DNA of 64,000 bases from a virus: IMG/VR virus record IMGVR_UViG_3300032240_000412, positions 32,423-96,422 of that record; one strand, written 5' to 3'. Made by a program: the position numbers and the translations under genes. Each line of letters starts with the position of its first letter. The stretch's first letter is position 1. Shown piece after piece: positions 1 to 10,500 of the stretch. The notes under the pieces were generated by a model. It saw only the letters and a program-made list of their open reading frames with translations, ran no database searches and had not been told where the DNA came from.

Positions 1-2
1 AA

Positions 3-1520
3 CAATTTACATTTTATAACCAAAGAAACCCGTATGCACCTAAGGGACAACCAGAAGGTTGGGTCAAAGAATACAACTATATCTACACTGGCAAAAATAA
101 AGATGTAATTGACTTTGACATTGACTTTGACATGTTGTTCTATACTGCACTAACAGCACAAAAAGCCAAAATGGAATCATTGAGTGGTGCGGCTGAAGCT
201 GATGAGTCAAAACTGGCATCTGCCATGCCTACAGCAAATACCAAAACAGGATCTCCAGTGGTTTATAACTTTGTACCTGGTGATATACACAGTACTTCGT
301 TGGGTGACGGTAACCGAGATAGTCAAACAATTACAGCCACAGACGTAGTTAAAAACATCTATAGTTCTGCACGTGGTGATATGATCAACATTAAAATGAA
401 AATCATTGGAGACCCAGAATTAATCAAGCAAGACGATGTATTTTACAATCCAAGCAATGCTGGGTATGACGAAGATCGCAATCAGTTCACACAAAACCAA
501 AGTATAAAGTTTGATCGAGGCGAAGTACACGCAAAGATTACATTCAACACCCCGGTTGATATTGATGAAGCAACAGGCGGTATTGCTTACTTTGCTGGCG
601 ACAAAGTACAAAGTACATTTAGCGGATTGTACAAATTTACCACTGTGGAAAATGAATTCCAACGCGGCGAGTTTACACAAACTCTATCATTGATTCGACT
701 GCCCAATCAACCGGCATTTGACAACGTTGGGCCACTGGCAGGTAGTGCATCGGAAGGTACAAACAGTAAAATCAATAGACAAGAGTCCGACACAGGAAGC
801 ACACGTGGACTTAAAGGGTCAGGAGATTTAACTGAATTGAGCGGAGAGTTAGACAGCTACCCCGAAGATGATAACACCGACATAGACACAACAGAGGACG
901 AAGACAATACAGCAGTAACTGACGAAGAAGATACAGAATTAGACGATACCAGTGAAGCCGATCAAGAAGATGAAACTGGTGATGAATTTGACAACACCGA
1001 AGATGCAGAACTGCAGGATGTTGGCGACAACGCCGACACTATGGACATATCTGAAGCCCAAGATGAAGAAGGTAATGAAACAATTGAATTGTCGTCACCG
1101 AGCCCAGCAGTAGAAAACATTGTTGATGAAGCAGAAGCAATGGCACAGAGAGAAGCAGACCTACGTGCTCAGTACCCGCAACAGGCCGCTTTTGCAGATA
1201 AACTGGCCGCCGACCTTGACAGTCCAGACCCTAGAGTTAAAAAGGCCGCGGCCAAAACAATGATCGAAAGTGTAGGCAAAGGCGCAGTACAAATAGCAGA
1301 AGCCACAGTTACACTAACTGAGGGATTTATTAAGGCAATTAAAAAAGGTCTTGCAAGCAAAGAATTCCAGACCAAAGCAACTGACCAGGAAAAAGAAACT
1401 GCTAAAGCCTTTTTGGCAGAAATGGAAGCTAATCTACCCGGTTACCGGGAAACAGCAAAAAAAGTAAAAGCCGATTATGCAAAAGGTTTAGCAGAAGCCA
1501 AACGAGACGGATTAATATAA
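3..1520 (+). CDS. Baseplate hub/tail protein (5'-truncated), with a long Asp/Glu-rich linker
   Basis: The frame is open from nt 3 (QFTFYNQRNPYAPKGQPEGWVKEYNYIYTGKNKDVIDFDIDFD-M), so the ATG at 132 is internal. The motifs IIGDP...FSGLYKFTTVENEFQRGEFTQTLSL resemble the C-terminus of gp27/GpD-type hubs. It lies directly upstream of the gp5-like gene. Confidence 0.65.
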   Translation, partial: QFTFYNQRNPYAPKGQPEGWVKEYNYIYTGKNKDVIDFDIDFDMLFYTALTAQKAKMESLSGAAEADESKLASAMPTANTKTGSPVVYNFVPGDIHSTSLGDGNRDSQTITATDVVKNIYSSARGDMINIKMKIIGDPELIKQDDVFYNPSNAGYDEDRNQFTQNQSIKFDRGEVHAKITFNTPVDIDEATGGIAYFAGDKVQSTFSGLYKFTTVENEFQRGEFTQTLSLIRLPNQPAFDNVGPLAGSASEGTNSKINRQESDTGSTRGLKGSGDLTELSGELDSYPEDDNTDIDTTEDEDNTAVTDEEDTELDDTSEADQEDETGDEFDNTEDAELQDVGDNADTMDISEAQDEEGNETIELSSPSPAVENIVDEAEAMAQREADLRAQYPQQAAFADKLAADLDSPDPRVKKAAAKTMIESVGKGAVQIAEATVTLTEGFIKAIKKGLASKEFQTKATDQEKETAKAFLAEMEANLPGYRETAKKVKADYAKGLAEAKRDGLI

Positions 1521-1521
1521 C

Positions 1522-3723
1522 ATGACAGACAAATATAGATCAAGAAAAATACCGGAATGGGCAAATACCGCAGGAACCAACGCGGCCATTTTGAACCCAG
1601 GCCCATTTGTTGGTATTGTAAAAAACAATTATGATAATACTCGCAGTGGACGTTTACAGGTATGGATTCCAGATCTAGGCGGTGACGAAAATAATCCCAG
1701 TTACTGGACCACAGTCAGCTATGTTAGCCCTTTCATGGGTGTGACATACGAGCCACAGACTAGTAAAAACAATTCCTACAACTATGTGCAACATGCCTAC
1801 GGCATGTGGTTTGCGGCACCAGACATTGGCAATCAGGTATTATGTATATTTGTCAATGGTGCGGCAGACCGCGGTTACTGGTTTGGTGTTACAAATCCCA
1901 ACCTAAGTCATTACATGATGCCGGCTATTGGATCAAGCCCCAACGTTGACTCGTCTGGCATCAGCAAAGAATTAAAAGACAGTCTAATAGAAGGACAAGT
2001 ATATCCTGTTGCTGAATTTAACGAAAACGACCCTGCACTACAAGTACCGGACTTTGCAGACAATAAAAAACCCATACACGAAGCACAATTTGCAACACTA
2101 CTAACGCAAGGACTGGATAGAGATCCTGTTCGTGGCGCCATCAGTTCCAGTAGTCAGCGCGAAAGTCCTAGTAGGGTTTTTGGTATCAGTACCCCCGGAA
2201 GGCCAATCAAAGATCCAACAACAGATCCGCAGTACGCTAAAAAAGTACAGGACGGATCTGTTACAGAGTCCGACATTGCAGTTCGAGGCCGTCGAGGCGG
2301 TCATACTATTGTCATGGACGATGGTGACATCAACAATGTTGACAACTTAATCAGACTGCGTACAGCAGGTGGGCATCAATTGCTAATGAACGATACCGAA
2401 GGAGTTATGTACATTGCTAACTCGGCAGGTAGTGTCTGGTTAGAATTGGCTAAAAATGGTTCTGTACATTTGTTTAGCCACGGTGGAATCAACATTAGAA
2501 GCAAAGGCGATTTGAATTTGCACAGCGATAAAAACATCAATATGCATGCCAAAGGCAAATTGCAAATGTTTAGTGACGGCAGTATAGGATTAGAATCTAA
2601 AACAATCAATGTTAAAAGCACTGATGCAACTACCCTCTACGGCGGAACAGTTAATGTAGGATCCGAAGGCGCAATCAATCTGGCATCCAGTGGCAGTGGT
2701 AGTTGGCAAGCAGGCGGATCATTGAATTTAACTGGCAAACCAATTAATTTAAATTCTGCCGGCGGGCCAAGTGTTGAAGCACCGGCAGGTATGCACCTGT
2801 ATGATCATACCGAAGCATCATTTAATAAAACATCAAAAACCTGGCACCAAGACGGAGCCAGCGTTAGCAGTATATCAGCAATTTTGCCAACACATGAACC
2901 ATGGGACCGATTAACTGGTAAGCCTAAATCAACACCAGCACAACAGTACGCGGCACCAGTACAAGCCAACAAAGCAGTCAATGAAGGCGAAGCTCCTGTT
3001 GAAACTAGCCAAGCACCTGACTGTATTCCAACAACTTCGCCAGTAACAACCGGAACAGGTGGAACCACAAACTTAGTTACACAAAATCAACTAGATCCTG
3101 GAATACAGGCCGCCAAAGGTCGCCCAGTGTCCAAGCCCTGTCCTAAGAATTGGTTGGACCTGGGTGTCGCACCCAATCCATCGGGCGGTATTGGCCCGTT
3201 GGATCAATTTGCAGTCAAATGCTTGATGGGGCAGATTGGTTATACCGAGAGTGGCTGGAAATACGACATCAAAAATCAGTTAAACTACATTGGCAGATAC
3301 CAATTTGGTGCCGCGGCCTGTACCGATGCAGGTTATATTAAACTTAACTACTTTAAACAATACGGTAACAGAGCCTTTAACTATCCTGATGCATGGACAG
3401 CCAAAGACGGAATTTGCAGTATCGACAACTGGTACAGTGCTCGTGCCGTACAAGAAAAAGCCATGTATAACCTTATTGCATCAAACTACAAAACTCTAGT
3501 TAAAATTGGTGGTATCAAGAGTAGTGATTCAATATGCGAAGTTGGCGGTATGCTGGCAGTGGCACAGCTATTGGGTGCAGGCGGTGCAAAAACCTGGCGC
3601 AATACAGGTGGCGGTGCTGATGCCAATGGAACCACTGGAGAAACATACTTTAACCGCGGCAAGTACGCAATTGATGTGCTGGCCAAAGGTGGTGGTAACG
3701 ATGCTCCACCACCAAAAATCTAA
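1522..3723 (+). CDS. gp5/VgrG-like baseplate spike with a C-terminal lysozyme-like domain
   Basis: N-terminal OB-fold signature (GIVKNNYDNTRSGRLQVWIP...APDIGNQVLCIF), then a beta-helix region (GGHTIVMDDGD, GGHQLLMND, short repeats) and HEPW. The C-terminus has IGYTESG...YIGRYQFG, a lysozyme-like catalytic Glu motif. Confidence 0.85.
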   Translation: MTDKYRSRKIPEWANTAGTNAAILNPGPFVGIVKNNYDNTRSGRLQVWIPDLGGDENNPSYWTTVSYVSPFMGVTYEPQTSKNNSYNYVQHAYGMWFAAPDIGNQVLCIFVNGAADRGYWFGVTNPNLSHYMMPAIGSSPNVDSSGISKELKDSLIEGQVYPVAEFNENDPALQVPDFADNKKPIHEAQFATLLTQGLDRDPVRGAISSSSQRESPSRVFGISTPGRPIKDPTTDPQYAKKVQDGSVTESDIAVRGRRGGHTIVMDDGDINNVDNLIRLRTAGGHQLLMNDTEGVMYIANSAGSVWLELAKNGSVHLFSHGGINIRSKGDLNLHSDKNINMHAKGKLQMFSDGSIGLESKTINVKSTDATTLYGGTVNVGSEGAINLASSGSGSWQAGGSLNLTGKPINLNSAGGPSVEAPAGMHLYDHTEASFNKTSKTWHQDGASVSSISAILPTHEPWDRLTGKPKSTPAQQYAAPVQANKAVNEGEAPVETSQAPDCIPTTSPVTTGTGGTTNLVTQNQLDPGIQAAKGRPVSKPCPKNWLDLGVAPNPSGGIGPLDQFAVKCLMGQIGYTESGWKYDIKNQLNYIGRYQFGAAACTDAGYIKLNYFKQYGNRAFNYPDAWTAKDGICSIDNWYSARAVQEKAMYNLIASNYKTLVKIGGIKSSDSICEVGGMLAVAQLLGAGGAKTWRNTGGGADANGTTGETYFNRGKYAIDVLAKGGGNDAPPPKI

Positions 3724-3725
3724 GG

Positions 3726-3731
3726 TAAATA
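3726..3731 (+). promoter_or_regulatory. T4-like late promoter box TAAATA
   Basis: GTAAATA in a 15-nt intergenic gap, 7 nt before the ATG at 3739; the motif recurs before other structural genes. Confidence 0.6.
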
Positions 3732-3738
3732 CTAGACT

Positions 3739-4119
3739 ATGGCAACAATGTACCGCGGATTTAGCACCTATAACAGGTTAAAGAAGTTTCGTCTAACAGA
3801 CGCAGACTTAGTCAAGCAAGACCTTTTTAATCACTTTAATATTAAGAAGGGGGAAAAGCTAATGAACCCAAACTTTGGCACAATTATTTGGGGTATGTTG
3901 TTTGAAAACCTAACTACAGAAGCAAAAAAAGCCATAACAGACGATATTAAAACCATTGTAAACTACGATCCTAGAGTAAGTGTACAAAACGTAATTGTCA
4001 ATCAATTTGAACACGGAATACAGGTTGAGCTAGAACTCAAGTATGCCCTGACCAATAAAATTGAAAGTATGAAAATGACTTTTGATAGAGGCGCAACCAG
4101 CTTAAAGATATCCGCCTAA
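3739..4119 (+). CDS. gp25-like baseplate wedge/sheath initiator
   Basis: 126 aa with the GPW/gp25 signature KGEKLMNPNFG...LFE...YDPRV; located between gp5-like and gp6-like genes. Confidence 0.9.
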   Translation: MATMYRGFSTYNRLKKFRLTDADLVKQDLFNHFNIKKGEKLMNPNFGTIIWGMLFENLTTEAKKAITDDIKTIVNYDPRVSVQNVIVNQFEHGIQVELELKYALTNKIESMKMTFDRGATSLKISA

Positions 4120-4144
4120 TTAAACTAGCTGTTTTTTTACTTAA

Positions 4145-4150
4145 TAAATA
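4145..4150 (+). promoter_or_regulatory. T4-like late promoter box TAAATA
   Basis: ATAAATA in the intergenic gap, 20 nt upstream of the gp6-like gene. Confidence 0.6.
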
Positions 4151-4170
4151 TAGAATATAGGTAAAAATTC

Positions 4171-7100
4171 ATGGCTATTACAACACGTCAAACCGGATTA
4201 CTAGTACAGCAGGATTGGAAAAAGCTGTATCAGACATTTAAAGATGCTGACTTTCAAAGTTACGACTTTGAAACGTTACGCAAATCAATGATCGATTACC
4301 TCAGACTATACTACCCTGAGGACTTCAACGACTACATTGAATCATCTGAATTTATTGCGTTACTAGACTTAATTGCCTTTATGGGACAGAGTTTAGCGTT
4401 TCGTACTGATTTAAATGCTCGCGAAAACTTCTTGGATACTGCTGAACGACGTGACAGTATCTTAAAGTTGGCTCGACTAATCAGCTACAACCCCAAGCGT
4501 AATATTGCGGCCAGCGGCCTATTAAAATTTGACAGCGTAACCACAACAGAAAACGTAACAGACAGCAATGGATTGAATTTAAGCAATCTAGTTATTAACT
4601 GGAACGACACTGCCAATGACAACTGGGCAGAACAGTTTAACACAGTTTTAAATGCTTCCTTGATCAGTAGCCAAACTGTTGGCGCTCCAAGTAACAGTCA
4701 AGTTATTAACTCTGTTACCAACGACGAGTATACAATTAACCTATTGCCAAACGTGATTCCAGTTTACAAGTTTGAATCGTCAGTTGACGGCAACAACATG
4801 CGTTTTGAAGCAGTTAGTGTTAGTTCTGCAGGAAAAACGTATCTATACGAAACAGATCCTAAGCCACGTAGCGCATTCAACATCTTATACAGAAATGACA
4901 ATTTAGGAAACAACAGCATCAACACAGGATTCTTTTTCTACTTCAAGCAAGGAGAATTATCTGTCAGCAACTTTACTCTAGCAGATGCGTTGCCAAATCG
5001 TGTGGTCAGTATCAAATCCAACAACATCAATAACTCAGACGTGTGGTTATACAACGTATTAACCAGCGGGCTAGCCGGCGACAAATGGACTCAAGTTCCT
5101 GCTATTTCTGGTGTAAACATTGTTTACAATAATACTGCGGACAAAAACATCTACCAAGTCAACAGCAAGTCTGGAGATCAAATTGATTTGGTATTTGGCG
5201 ACGGATCGTTTGCAACCATTCCACAAGGCAATTACCGTTTATTCAGTCGTGTCAGCAACGGTCTAACATACAAGATTACTCCTACAGAAATGCAAAGTAT
5301 TGTTATTCCTATTAACTATGTAAGTCGTACAGGACGAGTTGAAACGCTGACTATTCGTGCCAGCCTGAACTACACTATTGCAAACAGTGCCGCACGTGAG
5401 TCAATTGAAGATATTAGAACCAAAGCACCCCAACAGTATTATACACAAAATCGTATGATCACTGGTGAAGACTATAATACCTTACCCTATACAAACTATG
5501 CCAATGTACTAAAAGTTAAAGCAGTTAATCGTACCAGCTCAGGCGTAAGTCGTTACCTAGATGTGTTGGATGCCACCGGCAAATACTCTAGTACAAACAT
5601 CTTTGCACAAGACGGAATTATTTACAAAAATCAATTTTTAAAATCTGAATATTTTACATTCCAGAGTGCCAACGACATTAAAAAAGTTCTATATGATGTT
5701 GCTATTCCAATATTGAGTACCAAAGAAGCACAACACTTTTTCTATACTAACTATCCTCGTTTTACTAGCCCAGATATTGTTTGGGTGTCTGACATCAACG
5801 CCGACAGCGGATTGTCGGGCGGATTTAGCCGCGATGGTATCAACTTGGTGACTGTGGGAGCAGGTGTTAGTCCAAATTTAAGTTACTTGACTGAAGGAGC
5901 CATTGTGAAATTTCTAGCTCCAACAGGTTATTTCTTCAATGCTCGAGGTGCATTGGTTGCTGGAACTCCAGTATATGATACAGAGTCAACTAGTTTGTAT
6001 GCCAGCATTATGGTACAAAACAGCTCTGCTGTAACCTTAAACATCAAGGTACCAACAGGTGCCAAATTAGACACCATTATTCCTCGTTTTGAAACCAGTA
6101 TACCTGCTACTTTGGTTAATACAATCATTGGCCTGATTCAGGGTCTTCGTAATTTTGGCATAGGATACGACATTGTTAATAATGTTTACTATATTATTGC
6201 CAGAGAAGACCTAGATTTATCCAGCCCGTTTAATTTAACTTACGCAAAAGATACTTCCGGAACGGCAAAAGATGCCAGTTGGATGATGCACTTTTCGTAC
6301 AGTAACCAGCAATACTCTATTAACTATCGAGGATTAGAATATATTTTTGAAAGTAAACTTGAAACCAAGTTTTATTTTGATCCATCAAGAAAAGTATTTG
6401 ACGCTAAAACTGGTTTAACAATCGTTGACCAAATTAAGGTGTTAAAAATGAATTCTTTACCTGACTCGGCATTGCCACTGTCATACGATGTACGTTTTAA
6501 CATTTATGATAATATTGTTGACAGCGATGGATATGTAAACAATAACAAAGTAAAAGTAACATTTACCGATAGCAATAATGATGGAGTTCCAGACAATCCA
6601 GATATTTTTGATACTGTAGTTGCACCAAATTATAATACTATCAAGAAATATGTATTCTTCAAGCAGTATGTTGACTACGGAAGTTTTATTCGTTTACAGC
6701 CTCTATCTGCAGACATGGTAGAAACAGATCTAGTGACACAGGGGCAAATTCAAGTCAACGTAAACATTTATAATGTAGGACAAGTTTTCTATGCTAGCCA
6801 AGATGATATGTTTTATCAGATTCAATTGGTTGGAACTAGTAGAGTAGTTGTTCCAGTTGACGGTTATGTGTATTATATTGGTCGACAAGACTTGTATTTC
6901 CAATATCGTCACAACAGTCCAAACAGTAGTAGAATTGATCCAAGCCCTAATAACATCATGGACCTGTTTTTATTGACCACACAATATGCTACAGACTATA
7001 CAAACTGGATCCAGGATACCACTGGACTGGTATCTCAGCCAACAGCGCCCACCAACGAAGAATTAAAACAACAATTCAGTGGACTGGAAAATTATAAACC

Positions 7101-7530
7101 ATTGAGTGACACGCTGATCTATAACAGTGCCAAGTTTAAACCAATTATTGGAAGTCTAAGTGCCAGTGCGTTACAGGCAACATTTAAGGTTATTAAAAAT
7201 CCCAATGTGGTAATCAGCAATAATGATGTCAAAGTTGCAGTTATTAGCGCAGTTAATACATATTTTGATCTTACCAATTGGGACTTCGGGGAGACCTTCT
7301 ACTTCAGTGAATTGAGTGCTTATCTACACAAACAACTAGCACCCAATGTGTCATCCATCATCATTGTACCAAAAACAAGCGATTTAAAATTTGGTTCTTT
7401 GTATCAGATCAACGCAGAGCCTAATGAAATTATCGTTAGCTGTGCTACAGTGGCCGACGTTGAGATTATTGATGCTATTTCAGCAACACAAATCAACCAG
7501 GTTTTATTAGGCTTAAATACTATAGTATAA
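4171..7530 (+). CDS. gp6-like baseplate wedge subunit
   Basis: T4 gp6/baseplate-J-type motifs: DFETLRKSMIDY...DFND...E.FLDTA.RRDS...ARLISYNP, FGDG, ESIEDIR..AP..Y.TQNRMITGEDY. Confidence 0.9.
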   Translation: MAITTRQTGLLVQQDWKKLYQTFKDADFQSYDFETLRKSMIDYLRLYYPEDFNDYIESSEFIALLDLIAFMGQSLAFRTDLNARENFLDTAERRDSILKLARLISYNPKRNIAASGLLKFDSVTTTENVTDSNGLNLSNLVINWNDTANDNWAEQFNTVLNASLISSQTVGAPSNSQVINSVTNDEYTINLLPNVIPVYKFESSVDGNNMRFEAVSVSSAGKTYLYETDPKPRSAFNILYRNDNLGNNSINTGFFFYFKQGELSVSNFTLADALPNRVVSIKSNNINNSDVWLYNVLTSGLAGDKWTQVPAISGVNIVYNNTADKNIYQVNSKSGDQIDLVFGDGSFATIPQGNYRLFSRVSNGLTYKITPTEMQSIVIPINYVSRTGRVETLTIRASLNYTIANSAARESIEDIRTKAPQQYYTQNRMITGEDYNTLPYTNYANVLKVKAVNRTSSGVSRYLDVLDATGKYSSTNIFAQDGIIYKNQFLKSEYFTFQSANDIKKVLYDVAIPILSTKEAQHFFYTNYPRFTSPDIVWVSDINADSGLSGGFSRDGINLVTVGAGVSPNLSYLTEGAIVKFLAPTGYFFNARGALVAGTPVYDTESTSLYASIMVQNSSAVTLNIKVPTGAKLDTIIPRFETSIPATLVNTIIGLIQGLRNFGIGYDIVNNVYYIIAREDLDLSSPFNLTYAKDTSGTAKDASWMMHFSYSNQQYSINYRGLEYIFESKLETKFYFDPSRKVFDAKTGLTIVDQIKVLKMNSLPDSALPLSYDVRFNIYDNIVDSDGYVNNNKVKVTFTDSNNDGVPDNPDIFDTVVAPNYNTIKKYVFFKQYVDYGSFIRLQPLSADMVETDLVTQGQIQVNVNIYNVGQVFYASQDDMFYQIQLVGTSRVVVPVDGYVYYIGRQDLYFQYRHNSPNSSRIDPSPNNIMDLFLLTTQYATDYTNWIQDTTGLVSQPTAPTNEELKQQFSGLENYKPLSDTLIYNSAKFKPIIGSLSASALQATFKVIKNPNVVISNNDVKVAVISAVNTYFDLTNWDFGETFYFSELSAYLHKQLAPNVSSIIIVPKTSDLKFGSLYQINAEPNEIIVSCATVADVEIIDAISATQINQVLLGLNTIV

Positions 7531-7548
7531 TGTCAACAGGATCATTTA

Positions 7549-10500
7549 ATGGCCGCGGTTAAAACAATTAATTTTTTACCAGAAATTTTTCGCAGTAATG
7601 CAAATACAAAATTTCTAAATGCAACACTAGATCAACTAGTTTCAGAACCTAGTCTGGATAAAATCAACGGCTACGTTGGTCGACAGTTTAGTCCCACATA
7701 CAAAACTTCTGACAACTATATCATTGAACCATCGGCACGCCGACAAGTCTATCAACTTGAACCAACTGTGGTTGTTAACGACCCCAATGGAACTCCACAA
7801 TTCCTGGGCACCTACATTGATTTATTACAAAAACTTGAATACTACGGTGCATATACTGGCAACCAAGACCGATTGTTTGCACAAGAAAATTACAGTTTTA
7901 ATCCGTTAATTGACTTTGATAAGTTCATTAACTTTAGCCAATACTATTGGCTACCCTACGGTCCTAACTTAGTTAGTGTTAGCGCGGCACCAGAAACAGT
8001 GCTAGGTGGTGGAACAGTTACAGCCACAGACTTAATGTATTCCCGTACTGAAAAAGGATTTACTGTTTCTTATAATAATAGTTCAAGTCAAGAAAATCCT
8101 ACTCTTTACCTAGAGCGCGGAATTACCTATACATTTAATCCAATGACTACGGGCACAGAGTTTTGGATTCAGACTGAACCTGGTTTGTCAGGCACTAAAA
8201 AAACACAGCCCGGTGTTTCTACCAGAGATGTACTAGGCGTAAACAACAACGGCGCCACTAACCAAGCAATTACATTCACAGTTCCGTTGGCCACAGCACA
8301 AGACCAGTATGTAAAAATGGCAGTGGCACAACCACTGCCGGGTAAAAATGTTACTTTTGCATGTGAGCTTGCATTTTCTCAAATACACAATCAACTGTTA
8401 AGTCAAATCAATTTAATTGGTGGCATATCTGGAAATACTACTACAAATAAAAATAATATTGATGGCAAGTTTTTGGTATTTTTACCAGTAAACGCAACAA
8501 CACAAGTGTATTCTCCGGATGGCCTGTTTGATTACGATCCAGAGGGATATGATGGCTTCAAGTTTGATGGCGGACGAGCAGTACCCCCTGGCGTACTATC
8601 GGCGTACCAGGTTTTTGATCCATGGGCCATACCAGGAGCTTTTGACAAATATCGATTTGGAGAAGATAATATTGGTTTTGACGAAGGGCTACGCCCAGAC
8701 GTACAGCCCGGTGACGGAGCCGCCGTTGATCCGCAACAACGTTACGGCATATGGAGAATTTCTGCAACACCAACATCAGACGGATTAGACACACTAATAC
8801 AGCTATCCTATGCTGGTGATATCAATTTTAATAACAAAGTTTATATCACCAGTGGTCTATACTCTGGTTTTGAGTTTTACAAAGATTCATCGGGACTACT
8901 GTCAAAAGTTCCTGCAATCACTGCACCGCTAGATACATTTTACTATCAAGACGGTATGAGTGAAATGTTAGCAGGGCAAATTAAAATAATTGATCCACTA
9001 TCGATCAGTCTAGACGTAGAAGAAAAAATACTAGGACAAACAGCCTATACTAGCCCCAACGGTATAGAATTTACCAACGGCATGTTGATTCAATTTGACA
9101 GTACAGTAACTCCTGCCAAATACACCAATGGACTTTTTTATGTTGAGGGTGTTGGTACTGGAATTGTTTTATCTAACTACAATGATTTAGCAACACCAGA
9201 TTCTGGAGTGTTAACTGCCAGTGCGTCGTACGATGCTTCTGCATTTGATGTCACAGGATATGATGCGGCCGCAGGTACAGGTGGCGCACTAGACTATATT
9301 ACAATTAATAGAAGCTCAATTGATGGAAATGCCTGGAGTCGTAGTAATCGCTGGTTCCATATTGATGTTATTAAGAAAACAGCCGAATATAATAAAACAG
9401 TTCCTCTACTAGATCAAGTTAAACGGGCCAACCGACCAATTATTGAATTTAATCCACATGTTCAATTGTTTAACCACGGTCGTCAATTCAAAAGCCCGGT
9501 ACAAATTTTAACAACTACAGTAACAGATGCATTCAACCAAATTGAAAATAAACCAATTGGCACAGAACTGGATGGCACACCTCTAGATGCAGGATTGCGT
9601 ATTATTTTTGCCAATAATGTAGATAAGATCTATAGAAACAAAATTTTTGTTATTAAACAAAAAGAAATTGCTGGCCTCAAAACAATCCACCTGGTACAAG
9701 ATTCAGACAGTGAAATTCTAGAAGGACATCAAGTACTAGTAACTGCCGGCGCAAACATTGGCATGGCCTTTTATTATAATGGAACAGATTGGATAGAAAG
9801 TCAGAAAAAATACGGCGTCAACCAAGCACCACTGTTTGACATGTTTGACCAAGATGGAAATAGTTTTGCTGACGCCAACATCTATTACGGAAGCACCTTT
9901 ACAGGAACTAAAATATTTTCTTATGGTGTAGGATCTGGCACAGTTGACTATAACTTAGGCTTTCCGTTAAAATATAGAAACTTTAATCAAATTGGCGATA
10001 TTGTATTTGACAACAACTACGACATTGACTCATTTACATATCTAGTACAGAACGTGACAGTTCCAGTGAAAATTAATTCTGGATACGCAAAAATCAACAA
10101 CGGACTAGATAAATTTGTCTATAGCAACAACTGGTACACCAACACATACCCAAGTCGTCAATATCAAGTTATTACAAACTTCTATACAGATACAAGATAC
10201 TTTGAAGTTGACATTAATCCAATGTCGGCCACAATGATGATGGGCGGCGGCCATACCAAGGTGTTTGTGAATAACAAATATATTGGAGCAAATTTTACTG
10301 AAACCAATGTCAAGCGAATCAAAACCATTGTTATCAATGACAATGTCACTTTGTCACCCGGTGACAAAATTGATATTTTAATTCACAGTCTTGATGTATC
10401 TAAAATGGGATATTATCAAATACCCGACAACTTGGATTACAATGCCCAGAATCAAAACTTTTCTGAATTGACTTTGGGACAGATGCGAAATCATATCAGT

